From a virus (taxonomy: Duplodnaviria > Caudoviricetes): DNA of 58,513 bases. A program made the position numbers and the translations under genes. Of this stretch, positions 17,533 to 27,692 are shown in pieces. The stretch covers positions 1-58,513 of IMG/VR virus record IMGVR_UViG_3300038312_000145. One strand, given 5' to 3'. Position 1 is the stretch's first letter, and every line of letters begins with the position of its first letter. Under the pieces are notes generated by a model. It worked only from the letters and a program-made list of their open reading frames with translations, made no database searches and was not told where the DNA came from.

Positions 17533-19707
17533 ATGGATATGAATGTAATTAAAGAATATTTAATATCACTCGGTTTCAGAATTAATGAAGATTCTTTAAA
17601 TAACGCTAAGCAATCTATACAGGGCGTAGAAGGAATGGTTAAAAACTTTGCAGACTCAAATATGGATAATATGTCGTCTATACAAAGTTTTTTTAAATTA
17701 TTCAATTCTTCTATAAAAGATAATTTAGGAATAGTTTCTAAAATTGTACCAGAAGCAAAACTCCCCCTTTTACAAATAGTAAGTTTTGCAGAATTACTTT
17801 ATAAAGCAATAGGAAGAGTATCGAAAGGCTTTAGAAGCGTAAATTCAGATAAGCTAAAAGATGCTCAAAAGCAAGCTAAAAATGCTTCTAGTGGAATGAA
17901 TAATTTATCTAAAAAATCTATAGAAGCTCAAACACCTATTATACAACTTATTACTTTAATAAAAGAACTTAATAGTTCTATAAATAATCTTGCACAAAAT
18001 ATTAAATTAAATGTAGATTCAGATAGCGTAAAAAATGCTTCTAGTGTAGTAGAAGATTTAAATAAAAAGGGTAATGATACAGGTAAATCATTTAAACAAC
18101 TAAATAAAAATAAGGTAGATTCAAAAGGAATAAAAAATGCTTCAAATGCTATGGAAAATTTCTCAAAGAGAACTGCAGAAGCTAAAACACCTTTAATCCA
18201 GCTTATAGAACTTGTAAGAGAATTAAATATTGGCATAGATAGGCTTTTACTAAGTTTAGAAAAAATAAAAATTCCTAGCATACCTGTAAAAGTTCCTAAA
18301 ATGCCTAAAGTCAAAAAGCCAAAGGAAATACCTAATACTACTAAGCCTATTCCAAAAGAGCAGCCTATAGAATTGCCTACTAATTTACCAACTAAAGGCA
18401 TGGATAATATGGTTAGAAAAACTAACAATGCAACAACAGCATTGCAAGTTTTAAAAAATACTGGTGGAAAAGCTGTAGAAGATTTTTCCAAAGGTTCTAA
18501 AATAGCATTAGGACTTGTAGCAGGTGGATTCGCTGCTTTTGCGGTAGCTGCAGTGGGAGCTTGGAAAACAATTACTGGTTTAGCAAAACAAGACTTAGGA
18601 TTTCAAAAATTAGCAATGCAATTATGGACTACTACAGAAAACGCTAGAGAGGTTTCCATGGCACTAAAAACCATGAAAGTATCTATGCAGGATTTATGGT
18701 TAAGCCCAGAATTATTACAGCAGTTTAATCAATTAAGAAAAGATACAGCACAATTAAAACTTCCAGATGATGCAGAAGAAAGTTTAAAACGTGTTAGAAG
18801 TGTAACTTTTGAATTTCAAAGATTAAAACAAGCTGGAAGTCTAGCTTTCCAATGGATTGGATATTATATTGCTAAATATGCAGCCGGACCAATAGCAGGT
18901 ATACATCAAGATTTACAAGCCTTTACAAACTGGATACTGAAAAATATTCCAGAAGCAGCAAAAGTAATTGGAACTGTTTTAGGTACGATTCTTAGATTAG
19001 CAATAACTTTAATAAAAACTGTATACACATTGATAAAACCTATTGTAGAAATAATTCAATTTATTGCAGAAGAGTTAGGTAAACTCCCTAAACCATTGCA
19101 AGACATTTTAAAATTAATTGGATTGATAGGGGTTGCTTTAATGACCGGGCCATTAGGAGTTATATTTTTAATTCTCTTAGCATTAGATGATTTGTTTACC
19201 TACCTAAAAGGCGGGAAATCAGTTATAGGCGGTTTCTTTGGTGAATTCACTAAAGGTGCTAAAGCAATTAATGATTTAAAAGCCAAACTTAAAGCTATTA
19301 AAGATGCAGTTACAGAACCTTTTAAAGAACTTAAAAATGGATGGGATAGTTTTTGGGGAAGTATTGGACAATTTATAGATAATATAGAAAAGAAATTCAA
19401 GAAATTTGAAGATAATGTTAAGAATTCCCCTATAGGAAAGCTTGTGGGTGCAATAGATAAAGCGTTACCTAGTGCAAAAAGTAAAGTTGCAGGATTTGAA
19501 AACAACAGTAAAAAAGGAGCATCTAATATGTTCTCATATTTAATGCCACAAAATTATAACACAAAGAATAGTACAACCAATGCAACCCATAACAATAGTC
19601 AAAGTAACACATTCAATATTTATGGTAGCAATGCTAATGCTACAGCCACAGCAGTTACAAGCAAACTAGGAATTGCTAGTCGTAATTTAGGAGGTGTGGT
19701 TGACTAA
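17533..19707 (+). CDS. Tape measure protein
   Basis: IKEYLISLGF N-terminus; helical and hydrophobic; synteny. Confidence 0.85.
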   Translation: MDMNVIKEYLISLGFRINEDSLNNAKQSIQGVEGMVKNFADSNMDNMSSIQSFFKLFNSSIKDNLGIVSKIVPEAKLPLLQIVSFAELLYKAIGRVSKGFRSVNSDKLKDAQKQAKNASSGMNNLSKKSIEAQTPIIQLITLIKELNSSINNLAQNIKLNVDSDSVKNASSVVEDLNKKGNDTGKSFKQLNKNKVDSKGIKNASNAMENFSKRTAEAKTPLIQLIELVRELNIGIDRLLLSLEKIKIPSIPVKVPKMPKVKKPKEIPNTTKPIPKEQPIELPTNLPTKGMDNMVRKTNNATTALQVLKNTGGKAVEDFSKGSKIALGLVAGGFAAFAVAAVGAWKTITGLAKQDLGFQKLAMQLWTTTENAREVSMALKTMKVSMQDLWLSPELLQQFNQLRKDTAQLKLPDDAEESLKRVRSVTFEFQRLKQAGSLAFQWIGYYIAKYAAGPIAGIHQDLQAFTNWILKNIPEAAKVIGTVLGTILRLAITLIKTVYTLIKPIVEIIQFIAEELGKLPKPLQDILKLIGLIGVALMTGPLGVIFLILLALDDLFTYLKGGKSVIGGFFGEFTKGAKAINDLKAKLKAIKDAVTEPFKELKNGWDSFWGSIGQFIDNIEKKFKKFEDNVKNSPIGKLVGAIDKALPSAKSKVAGFENNSKKGASNMFSYLMPQNYNTKNSTTNATHNNSQSNTFNIYGSNANATATAVTSKLGIASRNLGGVVD

Positions 19708-20255
19708 TGGCAGAAATAAAAGCTACTACTTATATAGATATAAACCCAAGTAGAGCGGATGAAGGAGTATATAGGTTTGATGCTGTATTTAAAACAGAAC
19801 ATGATACTAATTTAACTATAACAGAATCCCCGGTACAGACAGGAGCAAGCATTTCAGATCACGCTTATATGGAACCAAAAGAGGTCACATTCGATGTTGG
19901 AATGTCGGATGTAATGACTAATGTTACTGGACAAGGATTTGACGCTAAAGACGGTAATACAAGGTCAATAACTGCTTATTTATTCCTAAGACAATTACAA
20001 GAGCAAAGAACACCTTGCCGACTTGTAACAAGGCTTGGGAATTATACAAATATGTTAGTAGAAACTATAACTACAAGTGATGATAACACTACGGCACTTG
20101 GGTTAAAAGCTACCGTAACTATGAAAGAAATATTAGTTGTAGCAGTAGAAACAGTTAAAATTTCAGCAAGACCACAAGCAAGCACAACTACAAATAATGG
20201 AGACCAAAAAGCACAACAGGCGGATTCAAGTATTTTATCAGGCTTTTTTAAATAG
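19707..20255 (+). CDS. Baseplate/tube initiator (Dit-like)
   Basis: ITESPVQTGASISDHAY motif. Confidence 0.75.
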   Translation: MAEIKATTYIDINPSRADEGVYRFDAVFKTEHDTNLTITESPVQTGASISDHAYMEPKEVTFDVGMSDVMTNVTGQGFDAKDGNTRSITAYLFLRQLQEQRTPCRLVTRLGNYTNMLVETITTSDDNTTALGLKATVTMKEILVVAVETVKISARPQASTTTNNGDQKAQQADSSILSGFFK

Positions 20256-20268
20256 ATGAGGTGATAAT

Positions 20269-20598
20269 ATGGCAACAGTAATAATTCCTTTAACAACAGA
20301 CCCTAATGATACTTTTTCGAGTACAATACCAGTCAACGGGGAAAACAAAACATTTTATTTTTTTCTTAGATTTAATGAAGAAGCTAATTATTGGGTTATG
20401 GACTTATCAGATGTTAATAAAAATCCCATAGTATCATCCATTCCTTTAATAACCGGAATAAACATCTTAGAACAATATGAGTATTTACATATAGGGAAAG
20501 CTTACATTGTTAAGACGGACGATAGTTTATTAGCAGATAAACCAGACATAAATAACCTTGGAGATACCTTTAAACTTGTATGGACCAACAATGATTAG
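20269..20598 (+). CDS. Baseplate protein
   Basis: W.MDL.D....PIV..IPLITG.NIL.QY motif; synteny. Confidence 0.65.
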   Translation: MATVIIPLTTDPNDTFSSTIPVNGENKTFYFFLRFNEEANYWVMDLSDVNKNPIVSSIPLITGINILEQYEYLHIGKAYIVKTDDSLLADKPDINNLGDTFKLVWTNND

Positions 20599-20610
20599 GG
20601 GTGATACTAA

Positions 20611-22572
20611 ATGAGCATAGAAGAAGATACTTGGAAATTTCTAAGAGGAAAAAATCTTCCTGAGAAAAGCACCGCAGCTGTCATGGGAAATATATATGCT
20701 GAAAGCAGTTTTGACCCTAGTGAAATTGAATCCGGCGGTGGTGGAGGATTTGGACTAATCCAATGGACAGGTGAAAGACGCAGCCAGCTTGAATCGTATG
20801 GAACTGATTTAACACATCAGTTTAATTTTTTATGGGCTGAATTAACTGGAGATACCGGAAGCACCGGAGCATCTTTTCAGTGGACGGATAGAAGTGGATA
20901 CTTAACACATGATAATTTTATGTCTGGCAATGGAAGTATAAATGATTTAACTGCAGCAATGTGTTTTTGCTTTGAAAGACCAGGAGTACCACGTTTAAGT
21001 GTAAGACAAGAATATGCACAAAAATATTATAATCAATTTACAGGAACCGCAGGTACACCAAGTGCAGATTCCCAACAATCTGTTTCAATACCATCTACCA
21101 ATTATGAAGTGGTTGCAAATAGTCAAAAACAAGGGCAAATACTATATGGTAGGCGGTATAGAATAACTGTAAGTGATGATAAAGGAAATGGCTTCGATGT
21201 ATCTCAACTTAGATGCACGTTTTCAATTGTAAAGACTATACTTATGGAGCCTAACACTTCAGAGATAATAATATACAATTTAAATGCTCAAACAGAAAAT
21301 AACATTGAATTATATGGTACAAGAGTTACAGTCGAAGCAGGATACGAAGGTAGTCAATATGGGACAATATTTGATGGAGATATATTACAAACTATAAGAG
21401 ATAAAGAAGACTCTGCTACATATAGATTAACAATAATAGCACTAGACAGTGATAGAGCTGTAAACTTTGATATAGCTAATTATTCACTATTACGAGGGCA
21501 AACAGCTAGAAGTATAGTAAATCATATTGTAAATAAAGCTCAATATCCTGTTAGTTTAGGAAGTATATCAGAGTCTTTAAATAATTCTCCTAAACTCACA
21601 AGAGGAAAAGTTTTCTTTGGAAAATCAAGTGATTATTTAAACCAAATTGCGGAAAGTAATGGTTGTAAATATTACACAGAAGATGGAAAAGCAAATCTTA
21701 TAAAGTTAAGTGAAATGCCTAAAAATGAAATATTTGATTTAAGCCCCTCTAGTGGTTTAATAGGTACTCCAGAGCAAAGTGATTATGGAGTAAATGGACA
21801 ATGTTTATTGAACCCACAGATAAAGGTAAATTCACTTATTCATATAGACAATAGTTTAATAAGAGCACAGAAAATAAGCATAACAGGAAATAGTACAGTA
21901 CCAACCATGGGAGGTAGCAGTACAAATTCAACTAGGCAAAAGATTATAGATAAAGCAAAAGAAATAGTTCAAAAACATCAAGAGGGTAAAGCTATTTACG
22001 TTCTAGGAGGTAGAGGAACAAATTCACAAGGACAAGAAATGTATGATTGCTCTATATTTGCAGAAACTTGTTATGCAGCAGCAGGAATAACAATGCCAGC
22101 ACCTAGCGGAAATCAATATTCCAAATGTGCAAATGGAGGACTTATTTCAAGCGATATGAGCAGATTAAAAAATGAAGGAAAACCAGGAGATTTATTATTT
22201 CAAGGTTCTGGAGGGTCAGAACATGTTGAAATATACGATGGTAATGGTGGAAACTATGCAGCACATACAGCAAATAGACCTATACCAGAACAAATACGGC
22301 ATGATAATAATATAACATCACCTTATATGACTTCTTGGGGCAGACCTAAGGAATTAATGGATGCTGATAATGGCAATCCGCCTAGTGCTAGTGGAACAAG
22401 CACTACAGGTTCAGATACTACACAAACACCTGTATATCGTTCACTGGATAAGGATGGAATTTATAGAGTTCTAAAAATTACCATATCAGGAGACACGAGG
22501 GGTGACGAGTGGTATACGGATTTTTCGACTGTGACACAGGCGGGTGGCGTAATACCTATAACTGCAATTTAG
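20611..22572 (+). CDS. Baseplate hub with N-terminal phage lysozyme-like and inserted NlpC/P60 domains
   Basis: AAVMGNIYAES.F.P..GL.QWT..R and FERP (lysozyme-like); YDCS...PGDLLF...HVEIY (NlpC/P60); hub motifs IF.GDI and GDTRG.EWY. Confidence 0.8.
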   Translation: MSIEEDTWKFLRGKNLPEKSTAAVMGNIYAESSFDPSEIESGGGGGFGLIQWTGERRSQLESYGTDLTHQFNFLWAELTGDTGSTGASFQWTDRSGYLTHDNFMSGNGSINDLTAAMCFCFERPGVPRLSVRQEYAQKYYNQFTGTAGTPSADSQQSVSIPSTNYEVVANSQKQGQILYGRRYRITVSDDKGNGFDVSQLRCTFSIVKTILMEPNTSEIIIYNLNAQTENNIELYGTRVTVEAGYEGSQYGTIFDGDILQTIRDKEDSATYRLTIIALDSDRAVNFDIANYSLLRGQTARSIVNHIVNKAQYPVSLGSISESLNNSPKLTRGKVFFGKSSDYLNQIAESNGCKYYTEDGKANLIKLSEMPKNEIFDLSPSSGLIGTPEQSDYGVNGQCLLNPQIKVNSLIHIDNSLIRAQKISITGNSTVPTMGGSSTNSTRQKIIDKAKEIVQKHQEGKAIYVLGGRGTNSQGQEMYDCSIFAETCYAAAGITMPAPSGNQYSKCANGGLISSDMSRLKNEGKPGDLLFQGSGGSEHVEIYDGNGGNYAAHTANRPIPEQIRHDNNITSPYMTSWGRPKELMDADNGNPPSASGTSTTGSDTTQTPVYRSLDKDGIYRVLKITISGDTRGDEWYTDFSTVTQAGGVIPITAI

Positions 22573-22582
22573 AGGTGATAAT

Positions 22583-23146
22583 ATGAACAATCAATCAAAA
22601 GTAGATATATCACAACTTTTAAATAGACAAGATGATTTTTACAGGAAGTTTAGGAAAGGCACTATGACACAACTTAGGGTAGCCATGCCTGGTATTATTC
22701 AATCATTTAATTCTACAGAACAAACCGTAACTGTACAACCGGCAATAAAAGAAAATATAATAAAAGCAGATCAAACAAGAGAAACAGTTAATTTGCCTTT
22801 ATTATTAGATGTGCCTATAGTTTTACCAAGAGCAGGAAATTTTGTATTAACGATTCCCCCAAAACAAGGTGATGAATGTTTAATCGTTTTTAGCGATAGA
22901 TGTATAGACGCATGGTGGAGCAATGGTGGGGTACAACCTCAATTAGAGAAAAGATATCATGATTTATCAGATGCTTTTTGCATTTTAGGAATATACAGTC
23001 AGCCTAATAGAGTATCTAATTATTCTTTAGATGCTTCAGAATGGCGAACTTTAGATGGCAATACAAAAATATCTTTAAAGAAGGATGAAATAAATATAAT
23101 TTCTAAAAGTATAAAAATGAACGGGGTAGATGTAACCCCTAAATAA
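22583..23146 (+). CDS. Baseplate spike (Gp138/GpV-like)
   Basis: MPGIIQSF, GDECL.VF.DRCID.WW, HDLSDAF motifs. Confidence 0.8.
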   Translation: MNNQSKVDISQLLNRQDDFYRKFRKGTMTQLRVAMPGIIQSFNSTEQTVTVQPAIKENIIKADQTRETVNLPLLLDVPIVLPRAGNFVLTIPPKQGDECLIVFSDRCIDAWWSNGGVQPQLEKRYHDLSDAFCILGIYSQPNRVSNYSLDASEWRTLDGNTKISLKKDEINIISKSIKMNGVDVTPK

Positions 23147-23313
23147 TAAGGAGAGTGAAAATAAATGGATTTCAAAGTGCTAGATGAAGGTAAAATTGTA
23201 AAAGAGCTTGTGGATGTTTTAGTTAAAAACCAAGTGCCAATAAAAGCTTTGGATAATCTACTGGAAAAATTAAAAGATACGGTTGCTTTCCATACGATTA
23301 TCCAAAAATAATA

Positions 23314-23583
23314 TTATTTTTTAAAATCTTCTATGAACTTTAATCCCTCGTAAGATAGCCTAGGGTTATCTGCACTTAGCATAACGCTATTTTGATTGCA
23401 CCGTCTAGTTATTCCTAATATCAGATTTCTATTAATACATTCTTCTAATGCAGTATTAAAATCTTTATCTTTGCTTTTAAATTTTGATACTAAGTTATCA
23501 ACGTTAGAATCATTGTTGAGTGTATTTAATATATCATACATTAAGGACTTAAGTTCTTCTTTACTTTTAAACATATATAGCAC
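23314..23583 (-). CDS. Small winged-helix-like moron protein
   Basis: PRLSYEGLKFIE C-terminus; GGAGG RBS; convergent orientation. Confidence 0.5.
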   Translation of the reverse strand: MLYMFKSKEELKSLMYDILNTLNNDSNVDNLVSKFKSKDKDFNTALEECINRNLILGITRRCNQNSVMLSADNPRLSYEGLKFIEDFKK

Positions 23584-23660
23584 CTCCTTCTAAAAGATAA
23601 TTCTATTATTATTTTATTTTTCCTTCTTTTATAGTATTATCATATAGAGGGGGAATATAT

Positions 23661-25115
23661 ATGAAAAAGAAAATTATAGGTTTGATTTTTACTTTATGTT
23701 TTACTTTGCTATTTACATATGGAGTAAAAGCAGATGGATTGCAAGTTACTAGACTAGATGGTAATAGTGTTTCAACTATAGGTACTAGGGCAGTAGATAA
23801 AGGCTGGCAAAAATCCGATTACGCTGTTATAGTAAATGAAAATGATTCGCCAGATATGATAAGTGCTTCTATATTAGCTAGAAAATATAGTGCACCTGTT
23901 ATATTCAGCGATTCTGACATTTTGAATGGATATCAAATGTCTCAAATAACTAAATTAGGAGTTAAAAAAGTATTTTTAGTTGGTGGAACAGCGGTTTTAT
24001 CAGCAAACTTTGAATTTATATTTCAAACATCTGGTATAAGTTGTGAAAGAATTTGTGGAGCAGATAGATATCAAACTTCCATAGCGATAGCAAAGAGAAT
24101 AGGAACTCAAAATGGCGTTACTATTGTTGCAGGAGACGATTATATAGATGCTCTTTCAATGATACCTATAGCCGGGAAACTGCAAATGCCTATAATATTA
24201 TCTCGAAAAGACGTTTTAGATTCTGTACAAAAGAAATTTGTAGCAGAAAATGTTATTCCTAAAAGTTATGTAATAGGAAATGCAGATTTAATAAGCAATA
24301 ATGTAGTTTCTAAATTACCTAATGTACAAAGAATAGCAACTGGATTTGATGTTTATTCCAGAAATTTAAATATTATAAATACTTTTAAAAGTAGTTTAGA
24401 TTTTAGCAATATTTTTTTAGCTATAAATGATAATTCGGTAAGTGGTTTAGGCGGTTCAGTTTTTGCAGCTTTAAACGGAAACCCGATAATTTTAGCAGAT
24501 AATATTAGTGAAAAGCCATATATAGAAAGCTTATTAAGCGAAAATAAAACAACAAATATATATGCACTAGGAGATCAATATACAATAAAAGATGATTTTT
24601 TAAATGATATAGTGGGCGGAACAAATGCTTTAAATATTATAAAATCTAAGGTAAAACTTAGTGAGAACTTAAATTTAAAAATTGGATACGAGAAATATAA
24701 ATATGATGGAAGTAGCTATTATGTTGTTTCATTACATGAGAGAAGAAATGGACTAGATTTATGCGGTTTCTATCAATATGATTTTTTAGTAGACACAGAA
24801 ACAGGAGATACTTATAAACTTGACATAAATACTAAAGAAATAACTCCACTTGACGATATGCAAATAGGACTAAATACTAACGATAAACAAAAAGCCCTTG
24901 AAACTGTTGCAGACCATGTTACTGAAAAAGATGATAATACAGTAGTTGAATGTGATGGAATTGAAGATAAAGATAATATGAATTGTTATATTATACACGT
25001 TTATGATAATCTTTATGACCATATTTCTACTATAGATTTTTATTATGCCGAAATAGGCACAGGCAAAATTTATATACATGATGCCGATACAGATACAATT
25101 AAACCAATAAATTAA
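23661..25115 (+). CDS. Secreted cell-wall-binding repeat 2 (CWB2) protein
   Basis: Signal peptide (..GVKA); RI.GADRYQTS.AIA, D.LS......PIIL, KV.LVGG repeats; variable C-terminus. Confidence 0.85.
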   Translation: MKKKIIGLIFTLCFTLLFTYGVKADGLQVTRLDGNSVSTIGTRAVDKGWQKSDYAVIVNENDSPDMISASILARKYSAPVIFSDSDILNGYQMSQITKLGVKKVFLVGGTAVLSANFEFIFQTSGISCERICGADRYQTSIAIAKRIGTQNGVTIVAGDDYIDALSMIPIAGKLQMPIILSRKDVLDSVQKKFVAENVIPKSYVIGNADLISNNVVSKLPNVQRIATGFDVYSRNLNIINTFKSSLDFSNIFLAINDNSVSGLGGSVFAALNGNPIILADNISEKPYIESLLSENKTTNIYALGDQYTIKDDFLNDIVGGTNALNIIKSKVKLSENLNLKIGYEKYKYDGSSYYVVSLHERRNGLDLCGFYQYDFLVDTETGDTYKLDINTKEITPLDDMQIGLNTNDKQKALETVADHVTEKDDNTVVECDGIEDKDNMNCYIIHVYDNLYDHISTIDFYYAEIGTGKIYIHDADTDTIKPIN

Positions 25116-25190
25116 CGTTAAGATAGTAATATATGCTTCATTAGAAAGGTTAAAAATATGTAAAAAGAGCCACTTAATTGTAGCTCTTTT

Positions 25191-25778
25191 TTATTTAATA
25201 TTATTTTCTATTTTATAAATTTCATATTTAACAAGTTCTGATATCTTATTTATGATATCGCGAATTTGCTTATCTGTGAAATATTTTAATTCAGGGTCTT
25301 GCGGAATTTCAGTGCTTACATTTAATGGTGAATAATATTGTTCAGTATTTTCTAAATAATTTAATATAGCGTTTAATAAATAATTAGGCTTTTCTTCTAT
25401 TTTAAAAACAGCGTCACGCCAAGAAATAGCATTATCTTGTAATGAACGAACTGTATTTTTTATGGAATCAATATTATTTTCGTATCGTTGGAAAAGCATT
25501 GGCATGTCACCATTTTCTGTAATCATATTTTCATCTATTAAGTTTTTCATATTTTCAGATATATATTGTTTAATATCAGAACTTAAAAGAGTAGAAGCAG
25601 AAACTTTTAATACATTGCATATGTCAAGTAAAGTAGATACAGGTATATTGACCTTACCACTTTCATATTTTCTTATTAATATTTCAGATTTATAAATTTT
25701 TTCGCCAAGTTCTTTTTGGGTTAGTTTAGCCATGTTCCTATATTTTTTTATATTTTGTGAGAGCACAGAGTATTCCAA
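25191..25778 (-). CDS. XRE-family repressor (second switch)
   Basis: NIKKYR....LTQKELG..I......I.KYESG HTH. Confidence 0.85.
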   Translation of the reverse strand: MEYSVLSQNIKKYRNMAKLTQKELGEKIYKSEILIRKYESGKVNIPVSTLLDICNVLKVSASTLLSSDIKQYISENMKNLIDENMITENGDMPMLFQRYENNIDSIKNTVRSLQDNAISWRDAVFKIEEKPNYLLNAILNYLENTEQYYSPLNVSTEIPQDPELKYFTDKQIRDIINKISELVKYEIYKIENNIK

Positions 25779-25807
25779 TTAAATCACCTCGATAATAATA
25801 TACCACT

Positions 25808-25899
25808 ATAGATAAAAAATATCTATTAGAAATATAAAAATTATATTGACATAGATAAAAATTTATCCTATAATAAACTTGTAAGATAAATTTTTATCT
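25808..25899 (+). promoter_or_regulatory. Consensus promoter with three GATA-N5/6-TATC operators
   Basis: TTGACA (25846)-17-TATAAT (25869); palindromes at 25808..25826, 25854..25867 and 25884..25899. Confidence 0.8.
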
Positions 25900-25914
25900 A
25901 TAGGAGGTGAGAAT

Positions 25915-26115
25915 ATGGAAGTCAAAATAGCGAGAATAAAAAAAGGCTTAACTCAAGAGCAATTAAGAAAACAGGTAAAAATTTCTCCAAATAAAATGAC
26001 ACAAATAGAAAGAGGAAATTATTCAAATGTTACTTTTGACCAGATGAAAAAAATTGCTAAAATTCTTGGAGAGGATGCGAGGAAACTATTTTTCAATGAA
26101 GAAGTGGAAAATTAA
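25915..26115 (+). CDS. Cro-like HTH protein
   Basis: 66-aa XRE HTH divergent from the repressor. Confidence 0.85.
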   Translation: MEVKIARIKKGLTQEQLRKQVKISPNKMTQIERGNYSNVTFDQMKKIAKILGEDARKLFFNEEVEN

Positions 26116-26245
26116 TAACCCATTGCTATAAGTTTGACAGCTTAGCAATGGGTTAACTCAAAATAGTACCCTACATTCATTATTATATACTATTTTGAGT
26201 TATTTTAAAACAAATTTAAAATAATAAAATTAAAGGAGATACAGT

Positions 26246-27088
26246 ATGAATAATGAAATGGCAATTTTACAAAAAACATTTAAAAAAGAAGGACTAGGTC
26301 AAATAAGAATTGCTAGGCTAAATGATAAGTTAATGTTTAATCTATATGACAGTTGCTTTCATTTGGGATATACTAGGCAAGCTAAGAATAAGTTGTATTT
26401 AAGAAAAGATAAAATTACAAATATATGTAAAAGCATTGATATTAAAGGGTTGTCACTTGGTGACAACTTTGAAGAAATTAATTTTAATACTGATTTTGAA
26501 AATACATGGATAAGTGAACAAAACTTTTATGATTTATGTTTAGAAAGCCATGCTAAAAACGCAAGACCTTTTAGAAGATGGGTAACTGGAGAAGTACTTC
26601 CTAGTATAAGAAAGACGGGAAAATATGAAACAGATAACGTAATAAGTTTTGATTATAAGCTTGAAAAGTTAAAATTAGAGCAACAAGGACTTAAACTTGT
26701 AGTAGATTTATTAAAACCTAGCAAGGCATCTACAGTAAAGATATTAAGAAATTTTAATGAATCTCAAGGATTAAGCACAGCATATTTTCCTGTATATGTA
26801 GATGAAAAAGCTGGCACATCTGCTACAAGCCTTCTAAGAAAATTTGACATATCTATGAGCACTATTAAATTCAACAAATTAATGCTTGAACATGGATTTT
26901 TAGAAGAAAACGAAAGAAAATCAACAAAAGGAACTAAGAAGTATTGGACTTTAACTGAAAAAGGATTAAAATATGGCAAAAACTTAGTAAATGATAAAGG
27001 CTCAGAAAAAGAGACACAACCACTCTATTATGAAAACACCTTCATGGAGCTTATAAATTTTTTAGGCTGTTCGGAAGGAGTGATGTGA
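26246..27088 (+). CDS. Bro-N / antirepressor protein
   Basis: ARPFRRWVTGEVLPSIRKTGKY; C-terminal FNK.M...G...W.LTEKG.KYG. Confidence 0.8.
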   Translation: MNNEMAILQKTFKKEGLGQIRIARLNDKLMFNLYDSCFHLGYTRQAKNKLYLRKDKITNICKSIDIKGLSLGDNFEEINFNTDFENTWISEQNFYDLCLESHAKNARPFRRWVTGEVLPSIRKTGKYETDNVISFDYKLEKLKLEQQGLKLVVDLLKPSKASTVKILRNFNESQGLSTAYFPVYVDEKAGTSATSLLRKFDISMSTIKFNKLMLEHGFLEENERKSTKGTKKYWTLTEKGLKYGKNLVNDKGSEKETQPLYYENTFMELINFLGCSEGVM

Positions 27089-27312
27089 GAAAGCAATGTA
27101 ATATACCTGAGTGGAATAAAAACGGAAGTTTAGTATTTGCTTCAAGGACAGTAGATAGACCAATATTTAACGCTAATGAGTTAAGCACTGAAGAACTTAA
27201 TATGATAACCGTAGAATTAGTTAAAAATATGATTAAACAGCAAAAACAAATAGTTTGAAATTTAAGAGATGCGAAAGCGTCTCTTTTTTATTGCTCAAAA
27301 GGAAGTGATTCG

Positions 27313-27675
27313 ATGCGCTACCGCATGCTTGATGTTAATGGAGATTATTCTTTCGGACGTGGCCAACAGAATATAACTTATGGCGTATATGCCGTGGCAC
27401 AAGCCATAAAGACAAATTTAATGTTATTTCAAAATGAGTGGTGGGAAGATTTGGAAAATGGACTGCCAATATTCCAACAAATTATAGGAAATACAGGAAC
27501 AATGGAACATATAGATTTAGTCGATTCTCTTATAAAAAAAAGAATTACAGATACAGAGAATGTAACAAGTATAAGTGATTATACAAGTGAGTTTAATAGA
27601 GAAGCTAGGAGCTATTCTTTCCAATGCAATGTACAAACACCTTTTGGAAATATAGTAGTAGCAAAGACTTTCTAG
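27313..27675 (+). CDS. Baseplate wedge protein (gp25/gp46-like)
   Basis: MRYR.LD.NGDY.FG, EWWED...G.P motifs. Confidence 0.75.
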   Translation: MRYRMLDVNGDYSFGRGQQNITYGVYAVAQAIKTNLMLFQNEWWEDLENGLPIFQQIIGNTGTMEHIDLVDSLIKKRITDTENVTSISDYTSEFNREARSYSFQCNVQTPFGNIVVAKTF

Positions 27676-27692
27676 GAAAGGAGGACTAAAAT

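Noticed and set aside
17928-19505. Long minus-strand ORFs opposite the tape measure (also those opposite the scaffold, sheath and early genes)
   Set aside because: Antisense shadows of biased coding sequence; Ser/Phe/Leu-rich with no RBS.
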